DNA of 64,000 nt, taken from positions 70,630 to 134,629 of the forward strand of contig JABHKC010000028.1 in assembly GCA_018692315.1 (NCBI GenBank), read 5' to 3'. The notes beneath the pieces were generated by a model. The model was not told the origin of the DNA. It searched no databases and saw nothing but the letters and a program-made list of their open reading frames with translations. This DNA comes from Bacteroidota bacterium (GTDB lineage: Bacteria > Bacteroidota > Bacteroidia > Bacteroidales > JABHKC01). Shown here in pieces: positions 9,574 through 19,189 of the stretch; within the stretch, counting starts at the first letter, position 1; each line of letters starts with the position of its first letter. Both the position numbers and the translations under genes were made by a program.

Positions 9574-10632
9574 ATGTTAGAAGTTGAAAAAATAAACAAA
9601 AAATTCAATTCGTTCGAGATAAAAAATCTTAGCTTCAAAGTAGAAAAGGGAGATTATTTCGTAATTCTTGGCGTTTCAGGTTCAGGGAAATCTGTTCTGC
9701 TTGAAATAATTTCCGGATTGATTTCCTCTGACTCAGGAAATATTTTTTTGGAAGGTGAAAATATTTCCCGTAAAAAAATCCAAAAAAGAAAAATTGGCCT
9801 TGTTTTTCAGGATTTTGCTGTTTTTCCACATTTGTCGGTTTTCGATAATATTGCTTATCCGCTCAAGTTCAAAAAACTTAAAAAATCTAAGATTAAACTA
9901 AAAGTAGAAAATATAGCTACTGAAATGAATATTTCACATTTGCTCGAAAGAGAAGTGAAAATGCTTTCCGGCGGCGAAAAACAAAGGGTTGCACTTGCAA
10001 GAACTCTTTTGTTAGAACCCAAAATTCTTTTACTCGACGAGCCATTAACATCGCTTGATGTAATTTTGCGGAACGAAATTCGGGGATTGCTTCGGGAAAT
10101 AAACCGCAAAGGAATAACTATAGTCCATGTTACGCATGAATACGAGGAAGCAATTTCTTTGGCTAACAAAGTTGCTATTATGCAAAATGGTGAAATTGTA
10201 CAGTATGGAAAACCTAAAATCGTTTTTCAGAATCCCGAATCAGAATTTGTTGCTAATTTTTCGGGCGACAAGAATTTTTTCAAAACAAAAATAGTTTGTG
10301 ATGAGAAATCGGGCACAAAAGTAGCTGAAATTGAGAATGACATGAAATTTATTATAGCAACAGAATGTGATGAATGCGAAGGAAATATCATAATAAAAAG
10401 CAATGAAATTATTTTATCGAAAGAAAAAATAGAATCAAGTGCTTGCAACAATTTTCGTGGAAAAATTGGACATATTGTACCAACAACCAATGGTGTTGAA
10501 GTAAAAATCGATATTGGAGTTTTCTTATATGTAGTAATAACAAAAAGCTCATCGCGAAAATTAGATTTGTCAAACAATATAAATATTTGGCTCAGCTTTA
10601 AAGCAACAGCCATAAAATTTATAAAAACATAG
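9574..10632 (+). CDS. wtpC: Molybdate/tungstate ABC transporter ATP-binding protein with C-terminal TOBE/Mop-like domain (WtpC/ModC-like)
   Basis: Walker A GVSGSGKS, signature LSGGEKQR, Walker B LLLDEP. About 120 aa of C-terminal beta-rich extension. Confidence 0.8.
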   Translation: MLEVEKINKKFNSFEIKNLSFKVEKGDYFVILGVSGSGKSVLLEIISGLISSDSGNIFLEGENISRKKIQKRKIGLVFQDFAVFPHLSVFDNIAYPLKFKKLKKSKIKLKVENIATEMNISHLLEREVKMLSGGEKQRVALARTLLLEPKILLLDEPLTSLDVILRNEIRGLLREINRKGITIVHVTHEYEEAISLANKVAIMQNGEIVQYGKPKIVFQNPESEFVANFSGDKNFFKTKIVCDEKSGTKVAEIENDMKFIIATECDECEGNIIIKSNEIILSKEKIESSACNNFRGKIGHIVPTTNGVEVKIDIGVFLYVVITKSSSRKLDLSNNINIWLSFKATAIKFIKT

Positions 10633-10697
10633 TGGCTCCGAATACTGTCATTAAGATGTAATATTTGTTTTTAATCAGTCATTTATAAATTCAAAAA

Positions 10698-12104
10698 GTG
10701 AGAAAAAGAAAAAAACACCCTATCATTTATAATTTGGAAATTACCAATTTAGCAGCCGAAGGTAAAGCTATTGCTAAAATTGATGAAAAAATTGTTTTCG
10801 TAACAAAAGTTATTCCGGGCGATATTGTTGATGTACAGGTAAACAGAAAACGTAAAAGTTTCCTCGAGGGCTATCCTATAAAATTTCACAAATACTCAGA
10901 AAACAGAGTGCCTGCAATTTGCAAACATTTTGGAGTGTGTGGGGGTTGCAAATGGCAAAATTTGCCTTACAACTTGCAACTTTCTTACAAGCATAATCAA
11001 GTTGTCGATAATTTTGAGCGTATCGGCAAGCTCAAGGTCGATGAAATAAAACCTATTTTGGCTTCCGAAAATACTGATTTCTACAGAAATAAGTTGGAAT
11101 ATACTTTTACAAACAGACGTTGGCTTCACGAAGACGAAATAGAAAATGCTGAAGAAAAAATATTAGACGGTTTAGGTTTTCACGTACCCGGCAGATTCGA
11201 CAAGGTTCTCGATATTGAATTTTGTCATTTACAACCCGCGCCTTCCAACGAAATTAGGCTGGCTGTGAGGGAGTTTGCTTTGAAATATGGAATGAGTTTT
11301 TTCGATTTGAGAAAACAAGAAGGATTATTACGTAATTTAATTATTCGAAACAACAGTTCGGGCGAGTTTATGGTGATAGCTTCATTTTTTTATGAAGATG
11401 AAAAATTGAGGAATTCGTTGCTCGAATATCTACATCAACAATTTCCCAAAATAAAATCGCTGATGTATGTAGTAAATCCGAAAAGAAACGACACTATCAG
11501 CGATTTGGAGATTAAACATTTTGCAGGCGATAGTTTCATTTTTGAGAAAATGGAAGACTTGAAATTTAAAATAAGTCCAAAATCTTTTTTTCAAACTAAT
11601 TCGCTACAAGCTTATAATTTGTATAAAATTGTTCGTGAGTTTGCAAATTTGAATGGTGATGAGGTGGTTTACGACCTTTATACAGGTACAGGAACTATTG
11701 CAAACTTTATTGCAAAATCGGCTAAAAAAGTGATCGGAATAGAATTTATTGAAGATGCCATTGCTGATGCAAAAACCAATTCAGCTATTAATAATCTTAG
11801 CAACACTTCGTTTTTTGCAGGCGATATTAAAGATATTCTAAATGAAGAGTTTATTTTAGAAAACGGGAAGCCCGATGTAATTATTCTTGATCCTCCACGT
11901 GCCGGTATTCATAAAAATGTTGTTGAAAGTTTGCTTTACGCCAAACCGGAAAAAATTGTTTATGTGAGCTGCAATCCGGCAACTCAGGCACGAGATATTG
12001 CTTTGTTAGGCGAAGAATACCAAGTAAAACTGATTCAGCCGGTTGATATGTTTCCACATACTCATCATGTCGAGAATGTGGCACTTTTGCATAGGATTAG
12101 TTAA
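10698..12104 (+). CDS. rlmD: 23S rRNA (uracil-C5)-methyltransferase RlmD/RumA family
   Basis: GTG start. N-terminal TRAM domain, Fe-S Cys cluster (C...CGGCKWQ), SAM motif DLYTGTGT and catalytic SCNP. Confidence 0.9.
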   Translation: MRKRKKHPIIYNLEITNLAAEGKAIAKIDEKIVFVTKVIPGDIVDVQVNRKRKSFLEGYPIKFHKYSENRVPAICKHFGVCGGCKWQNLPYNLQLSYKHNQVVDNFERIGKLKVDEIKPILASENTDFYRNKLEYTFTNRRWLHEDEIENAEEKILDGLGFHVPGRFDKVLDIEFCHLQPAPSNEIRLAVREFALKYGMSFFDLRKQEGLLRNLIIRNNSSGEFMVIASFFYEDEKLRNSLLEYLHQQFPKIKSLMYVVNPKRNDTISDLEIKHFAGDSFIFEKMEDLKFKISPKSFFQTNSLQAYNLYKIVREFANLNGDEVVYDLYTGTGTIANFIAKSAKKVIGIEFIEDAIADAKTNSAINNLSNTSFFAGDIKDILNEEFILENGKPDVIILDPPRAGIHKNVVESLLYAKPEKIVYVSCNPATQARDIALLGEEYQVKLIQPVDMFPHTHHVENVALLHRIS

Positions 12105-12135
12105 TGAAATTATTTTTTTGAAATTGACAATAATT

Positions 12136-14775
12136 CTATAGTTCCAAACTGAATTGTCCATCTTCTTCCAAATTCAAAGGTTTTTCATCTATAGATTTTG
12201 ATTCTTCAAGTTCTTCAGTGTTTCCGTTTTCGTCGAATACGAGAGATTCAATCCACGAAATTTTTTGCAAATTAAAAATAGAAATTCGTTTTCCTCGTGC
12301 TTTGTAACTTTTTATTCCAATAAATTCGGCAACATTTATTATTTCATTTTCTCGACTACTTTGTTCGCCTCCGAACTCAATTTCTATTCTTGGAAGCTTG
12401 TCCGTCGAAAAAATAATGAATTTCGAATTCTGATTTTCGCCAATAAAACTAACTTTTTTGTCGGTCTCATCAATCTGAAAACGTTTGAGATAATAGTAAT
12501 TTTGGTCGGCATCGAAAAAAACCACCGAAAACACTTTTTCGGGATTATATTTTTCTATCAAAACAATGTCTTCGTCGAAATGATTGGAAAGGTCGAAGCC
12601 TGACAATTGAAAATATCCTGATTTTGTAATTGTTAAAATTTTGTCGTTGCCTGAAAAATCGCCAATGAATTTTCCTCTTTCTTCGGTACTAAGGCGTAAA
12701 ACAGATTCATCGAACCAAATTTGTCTGCCACCTAGAGTAGAAACACCTTTTGTTTTTAGAGAAATTTTATACACATCATGTTTTGTAATAATGTTGCCTT
12801 TTGAATTTCTACCTTTTATTGCTAAGTCTCTGAAATCGAGTTCGAAACTTAATCGTCTCAATTTTGCTTTTGGCTTGAGGAAAATTTTTATGGTTTCGGC
12901 TTCACCATTGGGATTTGCTGTGAAGTAAATAATTTTTGAATTTGCTGTTCCTTGAGTTATATCATACTCCTTGTCTCGGATTATACTTAGAACTGCAAAT
13001 CGTTTCATAAGTGTAGTTCCGCTTATGCCATCTCGATAAATTGCATTATAAATTGTTCGGTCGTCGTTTGGCTTAAAAATGGTGACATAAATAATATTTT
13101 TACCAACAAATGATTTTTCAGAAACTTTGGTGATGATATATTTTCCGTCTCTGCGAAATGCTATAATATCGTCAATGTCGGAACAATCGCAAACAAACTC
13201 ATCTTTTTTAAGAGAAGTTCCAATGAATCCCTCTTTTTTGTTTATATAAAGTTTTTCGTTTGCAACAACCACTTTAGTAGCAACAATTGTGTCGAAGTTG
13301 CGAATTTCGGTTTTCCGTTGCCTTCCTTTTCCATACTTATTTTTAATTTTTCTGTAATAATCAATGGCAAACTGAACCATTCTGCTCAGATTATATTCAA
13401 TTTGCTGAATCTCAGCTTCAATAGATTTTATTAGTTCGTCGGCTTTGAAGGAATCAAATTTCGAAATTCTTTTGATTTTTATCTCTGTAAGTTTAACAAT
13501 ATCATCGTAAACTACAGTTTTCTTCAATAAATATTTGAAAGGTTCGAGGTGTGTATCAATAGTTTCGATTATCGATTCCCAGGTTTCGCAATCTTCAATT
13601 TCAATGTAAATTCTATTCTCAATGAAAATTTTTTCTAATGAAGAGAAATGCCAGGCATCTTCGAGCTCCGATTTTTTTATCTCCAACTCTTTTTTCAGTA
13701 GATTGACGGTGTTTTGTGCCGAAATTTTCAGCATTTCTGAAGAACCTAGAAATCGTGGTTTTTCTTCTTCTATAACACAATTGTTTGGAGAAATTGAAAT
13801 TTCGCAATCGGTGAAAGCATAGAGCGCATCGATGGTTTTGTCTGGTGAAATCCCCGAATTTATATAAATCAAAATTTCGACATTTTCAGAAGTATTATCG
13901 TCAATTTTTTTGATTTTAATTTTCCCTTTTTCGTTTGCTTTTACGATACTATCAATCAAACTTCCGGTGGTTTTACCAAAGGGAATTTCAGAAATTTGAA
14001 GTGTTTTTTTATCTATTTTAGATATTCTGGCTCTAACTTTTACACTTCCTCCACGCAAACCATCGTTATATTTGCTGAAATCGGCTAAGCCTGCGGTCGG
14101 AAAATCTGGGAGTAATTCAAATTCTTTGTCGTTCAAAAAGTCGATTGATGCATCAATGAGTTCGATAAAATTGTGGGGAAGGATTTTTGATGCTAAACCA
14201 ACTGCAATTCCTTCTGCACCTTGCGCCAAAAGCAATGGAAATTTTACAGGTAAATTAATCGGCTCGTTGTTTCGTCCATCGTATGATGCTTTCCAAAATG
14301 TTGTTTTAGAATTAAAAACTACATCAATAGCAAATTTCGACAAACGAGCCTCAATATATCTTGATGCTGCTGCATTGTCGCCGGTTATTATGTTTCCCCA
14401 GTTTCCTTGAGTTTCTATCAATAATTCTTTTTGTCCGATTTGTACCATAGCATCGCCAATTGAGGCATCGCCATGAGGGTGAAATTGCATAGTTTGCCCG
14501 ATAATATTGGCAACTTTATTGAAACGTCCGTCATCTAATCGTTTCATAGCAAAAAGAATTCGCCGTTGAACAGGTTTTAATCCATCGTATATATGCGGAA
14601 CGGCACGCTCTAAAATTACATAGGAAGCATATTCGAGAAACCAGTTTTTATACATGCCTGACAGATATTCAACATTGTGCATATTGTCTGATTTTGCAAT
14701 TTGACTGTCTTCTCCCGAATTGTTAATTTCTTCGTTTTCAGCTCCTTCTATTTTTTTGTTTTCTTCCGTTTGCAT
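12136..14775 (-). CDS. parC: DNA topoisomerase IV subunit A (type IIA topoisomerase A subunit)
   Basis: 879 aa with RAVPHIYDGLKPVQRRIL and active-site AAASRYIEARL. Size and motifs fit Bacteroidota ParC rather than GyrA. Confidence 0.85.
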   Translation of the reverse strand: MQTEENKKIEGAENEEINNSGEDSQIAKSDNMHNVEYLSGMYKNWFLEYASYVILERAVPHIYDGLKPVQRRILFAMKRLDDGRFNKVANIIGQTMQFHPHGDASIGDAMVQIGQKELLIETQGNWGNIITGDNAAASRYIEARLSKFAIDVVFNSKTTFWKASYDGRNNEPINLPVKFPLLLAQGAEGIAVGLASKILPHNFIELIDASIDFLNDKEFELLPDFPTAGLADFSKYNDGLRGGSVKVRARISKIDKKTLQISEIPFGKTTGSLIDSIVKANEKGKIKIKKIDDNTSENVEILIYINSGISPDKTIDALYAFTDCEISISPNNCVIEEEKPRFLGSSEMLKISAQNTVNLLKKELEIKKSELEDAWHFSSLEKIFIENRIYIEIEDCETWESIIETIDTHLEPFKYLLKKTVVYDDIVKLTEIKIKRISKFDSFKADELIKSIEAEIQQIEYNLSRMVQFAIDYYRKIKNKYGKGRQRKTEIRNFDTIVATKVVVANEKLYINKKEGFIGTSLKKDEFVCDCSDIDDIIAFRRDGKYIITKVSEKSFVGKNIIYVTIFKPNDDRTIYNAIYRDGISGTTLMKRFAVLSIIRDKEYDITQGTANSKIIYFTANPNGEAETIKIFLKPKAKLRRLSFELDFRDLAIKGRNSKGNIITKHDVYKISLKTKGVSTLGGRQIWFDESVLRLSTEERGKFIGDFSGNDKILTITKSGYFQLSGFDLSNHFDEDIVLIEKYNPEKVFSVVFFDADQNYYYLKRFQIDETDKKVSFIGENQNSKFIIFSTDKLPRIEIEFGGEQSSRENEIINVAEFIGIKSYKARGKRISIFNLQKISWIESLVFDENGNTEELEESKSIDEKPLNLEEDGQFSLEL

Positions 14776-15171
14776 TAAAACCTATACTCTGTTCAAAAAA
14801 TTATTTGGCTTCAAAGATAATACTTGAACTTAAAACTATTTACAGACTTTTATAAAAATGCTATTTATTTTGAGGAATATTTTTGAATTCATTGTTTTCT
14901 GTTGCTCACAAATCATTTTAAAATTTTCAGAAAAGCTAATTCAATTTTATTCTTCCGCTGATTTTAGCTGATTCATTTTTTGCGTAAATCTGAGTAATTT
15001 GCAAGAAATATTTTCTGTTTTCCTTCCACAAATTTCGTGGATTTTTTTTATTTTTTTCAACAAATTCTGAAATGTCATTTGAACCTTTTAGAAATTAAAG
15101 TGTACTTATTTTGAATTGCAATTCGAATAGCATGAAATAGAATATTAATTTTTATTGAAAATGAAACAAAT

Positions 15172-16353
15172 ATGAAACAAATAAGCCAGTTAATTATTAT
15201 GGTATTGATAATGCAAACAGCAATACTTAATGCTCAAACTCCGGAAGAAATATTTTCGTTTGCGAAAGTTTCGAAACCGCACGAATATTATATTCAACAA
15301 GCCGAATTGTGGTGGAAAGTCCTTGAAAAAGACCAAACTAATGCCGATGCATGGTATAATTACTATCGCTCGAATAGAAATTGCAAAGGAACCTACAAAG
15401 ACATAAATGGTTTTGATGGCAAAAAAAATGATGGCTGGACAAATGAAAGTCCATATTTGAAAAAGCTTGATGACATTTTGGAATTGGTAGAAAAAAATGT
15501 TCCTAATTCGTTCACTTATTACAGATTAAAAGAATATGGCGATCCTGAAGAAAGGCTTGAACATCTGCTTAAAGCTATTGAATTGAATCCGAAAGTTCCG
15601 GAAGTATATGAAGGAATAGTAGTTGGCTACGAAATGCAATGTAATTTTGCTAAGAGAAAGGAATTTAACGAAAAAATGTTTAAGTCTAACTGGATTTCCC
15701 CTGGATTTATTTCGTACAATTACAATGTTTTGATGTCGATGAAACCAAATAGTATTCTCCTGACTTTTGGAGATAATGACACATTTCCAGTTTGGCTTTT
15801 GCAAGATGCACTTGGAATTAGAACAGATATTATGGTATTTAATGTTAGTTTGCTGACAGATGTCGATTATCAAAAAATGATCCTTGAAAAAAGTAATATC
15901 AAACCTTTAGGAAAAAAATACGAAGACGGCTCAGTAAGCGAAAATCAAAGCGAAATTATTGATTATATTATTAAGAACAAGCCAAAAGAACAGTCCTTGT
16001 ATATTGGTTTAACGACATGGAAATACCTAAAAGAATATGAAAACGATTTATATCTTCATGGCCTTGTTATGGAATATTCCGACAGCAATATTGATAATAT
16101 GGCATTTTTAATAAATAATTTTGAGAACATCTATAGAATGGATTACATTTCCATGCAAAACTATTATGATATTAGTAAAGAAAAAGTTGAGCATATGAAT
16201 CTAAACTATCTTCCGGGAATAGTCAAGCTTCACGAACACTATAAATTGAGTGGTGCAAGTCAAAAGGCCGAAAAAGTTAAAGCACTTGGTTTGTTCATTG
16301 CTGAAAAAGGAGGCGAAAGCTGGAAACAAAAAATGTTGGAGGAGTTAAAATAA
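15172..16353 (+). CDS. Secreted hypothetical protein (TPR-like N-terminal part; GDNDTFP motif)
   Basis: Signal peptide ending LNAQT. The motif GDNDTFPVWLLQDALGIRTDIMVFNVSLL resembles the conserved periplasmic motif of DUF2723-type proteins (from memory). Confidence 0.55.
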   Translation: MKQISQLIIMVLIMQTAILNAQTPEEIFSFAKVSKPHEYYIQQAELWWKVLEKDQTNADAWYNYYRSNRNCKGTYKDINGFDGKKNDGWTNESPYLKKLDDILELVEKNVPNSFTYYRLKEYGDPEERLEHLLKAIELNPKVPEVYEGIVVGYEMQCNFAKRKEFNEKMFKSNWISPGFISYNYNVLMSMKPNSILLTFGDNDTFPVWLLQDALGIRTDIMVFNVSLLTDVDYQKMILEKSNIKPLGKKYEDGSVSENQSEIIDYIIKNKPKEQSLYIGLTTWKYLKEYENDLYLHGLVMEYSDSNIDNMAFLINNFENIYRMDYISMQNYYDISKEKVEHMNLNYLPGIVKLHEHYKLSGASQKAEKVKALGLFIAEKGGESWKQKMLEELK

Positions 16354-16424
16354 TTTTTTAGTTTAGATTGAATTTTCGTAGGAATTCTTTTAAAATAGTA
16401 AAATTAAATAGTCCCAAAAAAATA

Positions 16425-16985
16425 ATGAGTTCTGAAGAAATGAAGAATTTTACAGACGAAAAACTAATTGAGATATACAAAATGTCAAAAGACAGTCGGA
16501 GCAAAAAAGCATTCGACTGTCTGTATTTGAGATATTTGCAGCCGATTACAAATTACTTTTTCCTTGCTTTAGACAGAGATAATGAAAAGGCAAAAGACTT
16601 TTTTCACGATTTGTTTCTTAAAATATTGGAAAAGCCCGATGTCTTTAATACAAAACAGAAATTCAAACCATGGATTTATCGAGTAGCTTCGAATATGTCG
16701 AAAAATCATTTTAGAAGCAAAACTGTAAAAAACAAATATAATGAGCATTTAAAGTACACAGAAACAGCACATTATGATTTAGACCTACAAGAGCAAAAGC
16801 TGAATGACCATATTAAAAATTTAAAATCGGAACAACGATCATTAATTGTTCTAAGATTTAAGTTAAACTTGAGTATAAAGGAAATTGCCGAAATATATGA
16901 ATGTCCTGAAGGTACAATAAAATCGCGACTATTTTATACAATAAAAGAACTTTCTAATCAATATAATAAGATGCTGAAAATTTGA
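16425..16985 (+). CDS. ECF-type RNA polymerase sigma-70 factor
   Basis: Region 2 (FHDLFLKILE...KPWIYRVASN) and region 4 HTH (LSIKEIAEIYECPEGTIKSRL). I chose the ATG at 16425 over the TTG at 16368 given in the ORF track. Confidence 0.8.
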   Translation: MSSEEMKNFTDEKLIEIYKMSKDSRSKKAFDCLYLRYLQPITNYFFLALDRDNEKAKDFFHDLFLKILEKPDVFNTKQKFKPWIYRVASNMSKNHFRSKTVKNKYNEHLKYTETAHYDLDLQEQKLNDHIKNLKSEQRSLIVLRFKLNLSIKEIAEIYECPEGTIKSRLFYTIKELSNQYNKMLKI

Positions 16986-16989
16986 AATT

Positions 16990-17592
16990 ATGAAAAAAGA
17001 AAAAAACACTGAGAAAATATTCGATTTGCTGGAGGATTATAATTTTGAAGATTTAGCTCAGGCGGATATAGAAATTGTATTGCAAGAAATGTCTGTCGAA
17101 GAGTACAAAAATCTTCGTTCTACAATTGAAGACACAAAGGTACTGCTCGATAAAAAAACCAAAATTTCATTAAAATTGAAAAAACCAAAATTTCACAAAA
17201 TTTTAAATTATCGTATGGAAGCCTATAAAGTAGCTGCTACGATTTTAATAATTTTTGGCATAGCTTATATTTTCTCGCTTTCGCAAAATCCGGAAAAACA
17301 AAATATTATGGCATTAGTTGATACAGTCTTTGTTGAAATTACTGATACAATTTTTTCGGAAGTGAAAGATACAGTTGTGATAATTAAAGAAAAAATTATT
17401 TATAAAAATGAACCAAAAAACCAATTGGCATATGTTACCGTTCCATCCAAAAAACCTGATTACAATCCGGATTGTAACATAAAATTGTGTGCTTCGGATA
17501 TAGAAATTTTGTCGGAATTAAAAACAAAAAATGATATTGTAACTGACAGCTCTTTACGAGATTTTTTAGTAATGTTGGAAACTACTCACTAA
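16990..17592 (+). CDS. Putative anti-sigma factor (single-pass membrane protein)
   Basis: Starts 5 nt after the sigma gene. One central TM helix (AATILIIFGIAYIF). No recognisable catalytic motifs. Confidence 0.45.
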   Translation: MKKEKNTEKIFDLLEDYNFEDLAQADIEIVLQEMSVEEYKNLRSTIEDTKVLLDKKTKISLKLKKPKFHKILNYRMEAYKVAATILIIFGIAYIFSLSQNPEKQNIMALVDTVFVEITDTIFSEVKDTVVIIKEKIIYKNEPKNQLAYVTVPSKKPDYNPDCNIKLCASDIEILSELKTKNDIVTDSSLRDFLVMLETTH

Positions 17593-17632
17593 GCCATCTT
17601 ACTGCTTCTTCCTCTGTTGAAAAAATCTTCAC

Positions 17633-17962
17633 CTAACCGATTCGTTTATTCACTTGATTCCCAAAAAGAACAGATAATGCGGCACTTAGTGGGTCGTTAA
17701 TAATTATTGCCTGCTTTTTTCCTTTTAGTATATCCTTAATTTTGTAAAGAAAATCGCTGATTAAATCAACATCATCTATTTCACTATCAAACATTGCATT
17801 TCTGTAATCAGAAAGCAAATTATACTTTTGTTTTGTGAATTCTTCTTTGCTCAACAACTCTTCCCATGCAATTCCAATGTCATTTTTATCAATATATCCC
17901 TGATGTCGATATCGAAATATTTTTAAATCATTATCAATTTTAAGCGAATATTCATTTTTCAT
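17633..17962 (-). CDS. Hypothetical small protein
   Basis: ORF with ATG at 17962 (MKNEYSLKID...). The track start at 17995 is a TTG. No family recognised. Confidence 0.45.
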   Translation of the reverse strand: MKNEYSLKIDNDLKIFRYRHQGYIDKNDIGIAWEELLSKEEFTKQKYNLLSDYRNAMFDSEIDDVDLISDFLYKIKDILKGKKQAIIINDPLSAALSVLFGNQVNKRIG

Positions 17963-18088
17963 ATATTTGTTTTTTACACTTCGATCGTACGTCAATAAAT
18001 TGCGAAAGTTAAGATTTTAATATTCTTTTAACTGACTTTAAATGCAAAATGTGATATAGACAGAAATAACCAAATCCTTTTATTAAAA

Positions 18089-19189
18089 TTAATACCTATT
18101 CATTTTTTTATTCTTTTTGTAATTCTTTATCATTTTCCCAAAATCCATATCCTTTTTTCGCTTTTCGGCTACGGTAGATTCAAAATGGTCTTTTTCACTT
18201 TGCATTTTCAGGAAATTTTTATACAATGATTCGTTTAATTTACCAGCTTGCAGGGCTGCTAAAACCGCACAATCTGCTTCTGTTGTATGTGTGCAATTTT
18301 TGAATTTGCATTTTTTAGATAGCAGGGCAATTTTTTCGAATGTTTTTTCTATCCCATCGGTTGAATCTGCAATTCCAATTTCTCTCATTCCAGGATTGTC
18401 AATTAGAATTCCGCCATTTTCGAGAACTAATAACTCACGATGACTTGTTATGTGTCGTCCTTTATTCGAACTTGTACTAATCGTATTCGTTTTCATTAAT
18501 GGTTCGCCTGAAAGATTATTTATAAGGCTTGATTTACCTACTCCTGACGAACCTAATAAACAGTAGGTTTTGCCTTTTTCTAAGCTCTTTTTAAGTTTTT
18601 CTATTCCTTTTTGGTTTTCATTGCTTATAGCGATTATTGGTACTTGCTTTATTCTTTCCTGAACAGAAGTAATCAAATTTGCTAATTCAGTGTCATTTAC
18701 TAAGTCTATTTTATTGAGAATGATAATTGGCTTTACTCCGGATGTATAGCAAATTGTTAAGTATCGTTCTATACGGTTGATATTAAAATCTCTGTCAACA
18801 GCTTGTACAATAAAGGCGTAATCGACATTTGTTGCTATAATTTGTTTCTCAGTTTGTTTCCCTACAGCTTGCCTTTCAAGAATAGTTTTTCTGGGAAATA
18901 CAGAATGAATAAGTGCCTTATTTTCATCGTATTCAGAAATTGCAACCCAGTCGCCCACAGCCGGCAAATCGCTTCTATCGTGTACCGAAAACCTCAAATT
19001 CCCAATTATTTCTCCATCGTATTCTTTTTTAGTAGTTTTTACAACATATCTTTCTTTGTGTTCTGAAATAACCCGCCCAAGTCCAAATGACTCAAGTTGT
19101 TGATTTTTTCTGTGATTTGCAAAATCTGCATCATATCCTAAGTCTTCATATTTCATTTCATTAAGCTTTAGTTTTTCAAATTCATCCAA
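18089..19189 (-). CDS. rsgA: Ribosome small-subunit-dependent GTPase A
   Basis: Circularly permuted GTPase with NKIDL then GSSGVGKSSLIN. C-terminal zinc knuckle CKFKNCTHTTEADCAV. The ATG at 19156 would remove the overlap with the upstream gene. Confidence 0.9.
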   Translation of the reverse strand: MDEFEKLKLNEMKYEDLGYDADFANHRKNQQLESFGLGRVISEHKERYVVKTTKKEYDGEIIGNLRFSVHDRSDLPAVGDWVAISEYDENKALIHSVFPRKTILERQAVGKQTEKQIIATNVDYAFIVQAVDRDFNINRIERYLTICYTSGVKPIIILNKIDLVNDTELANLITSVQERIKQVPIIAISNENQKGIEKLKKSLEKGKTYCLLGSSGVGKSSLINNLSGEPLMKTNTISTSSNKGRHITSHRELLVLENGGILIDNPGMREIGIADSTDGIEKTFEKIALLSKKCKFKNCTHTTEADCAVLAALQAGKLNESLYKNFLKMQSEKDHFESTVAEKRKKDMDFGKMIKNYKKNKKMNRY

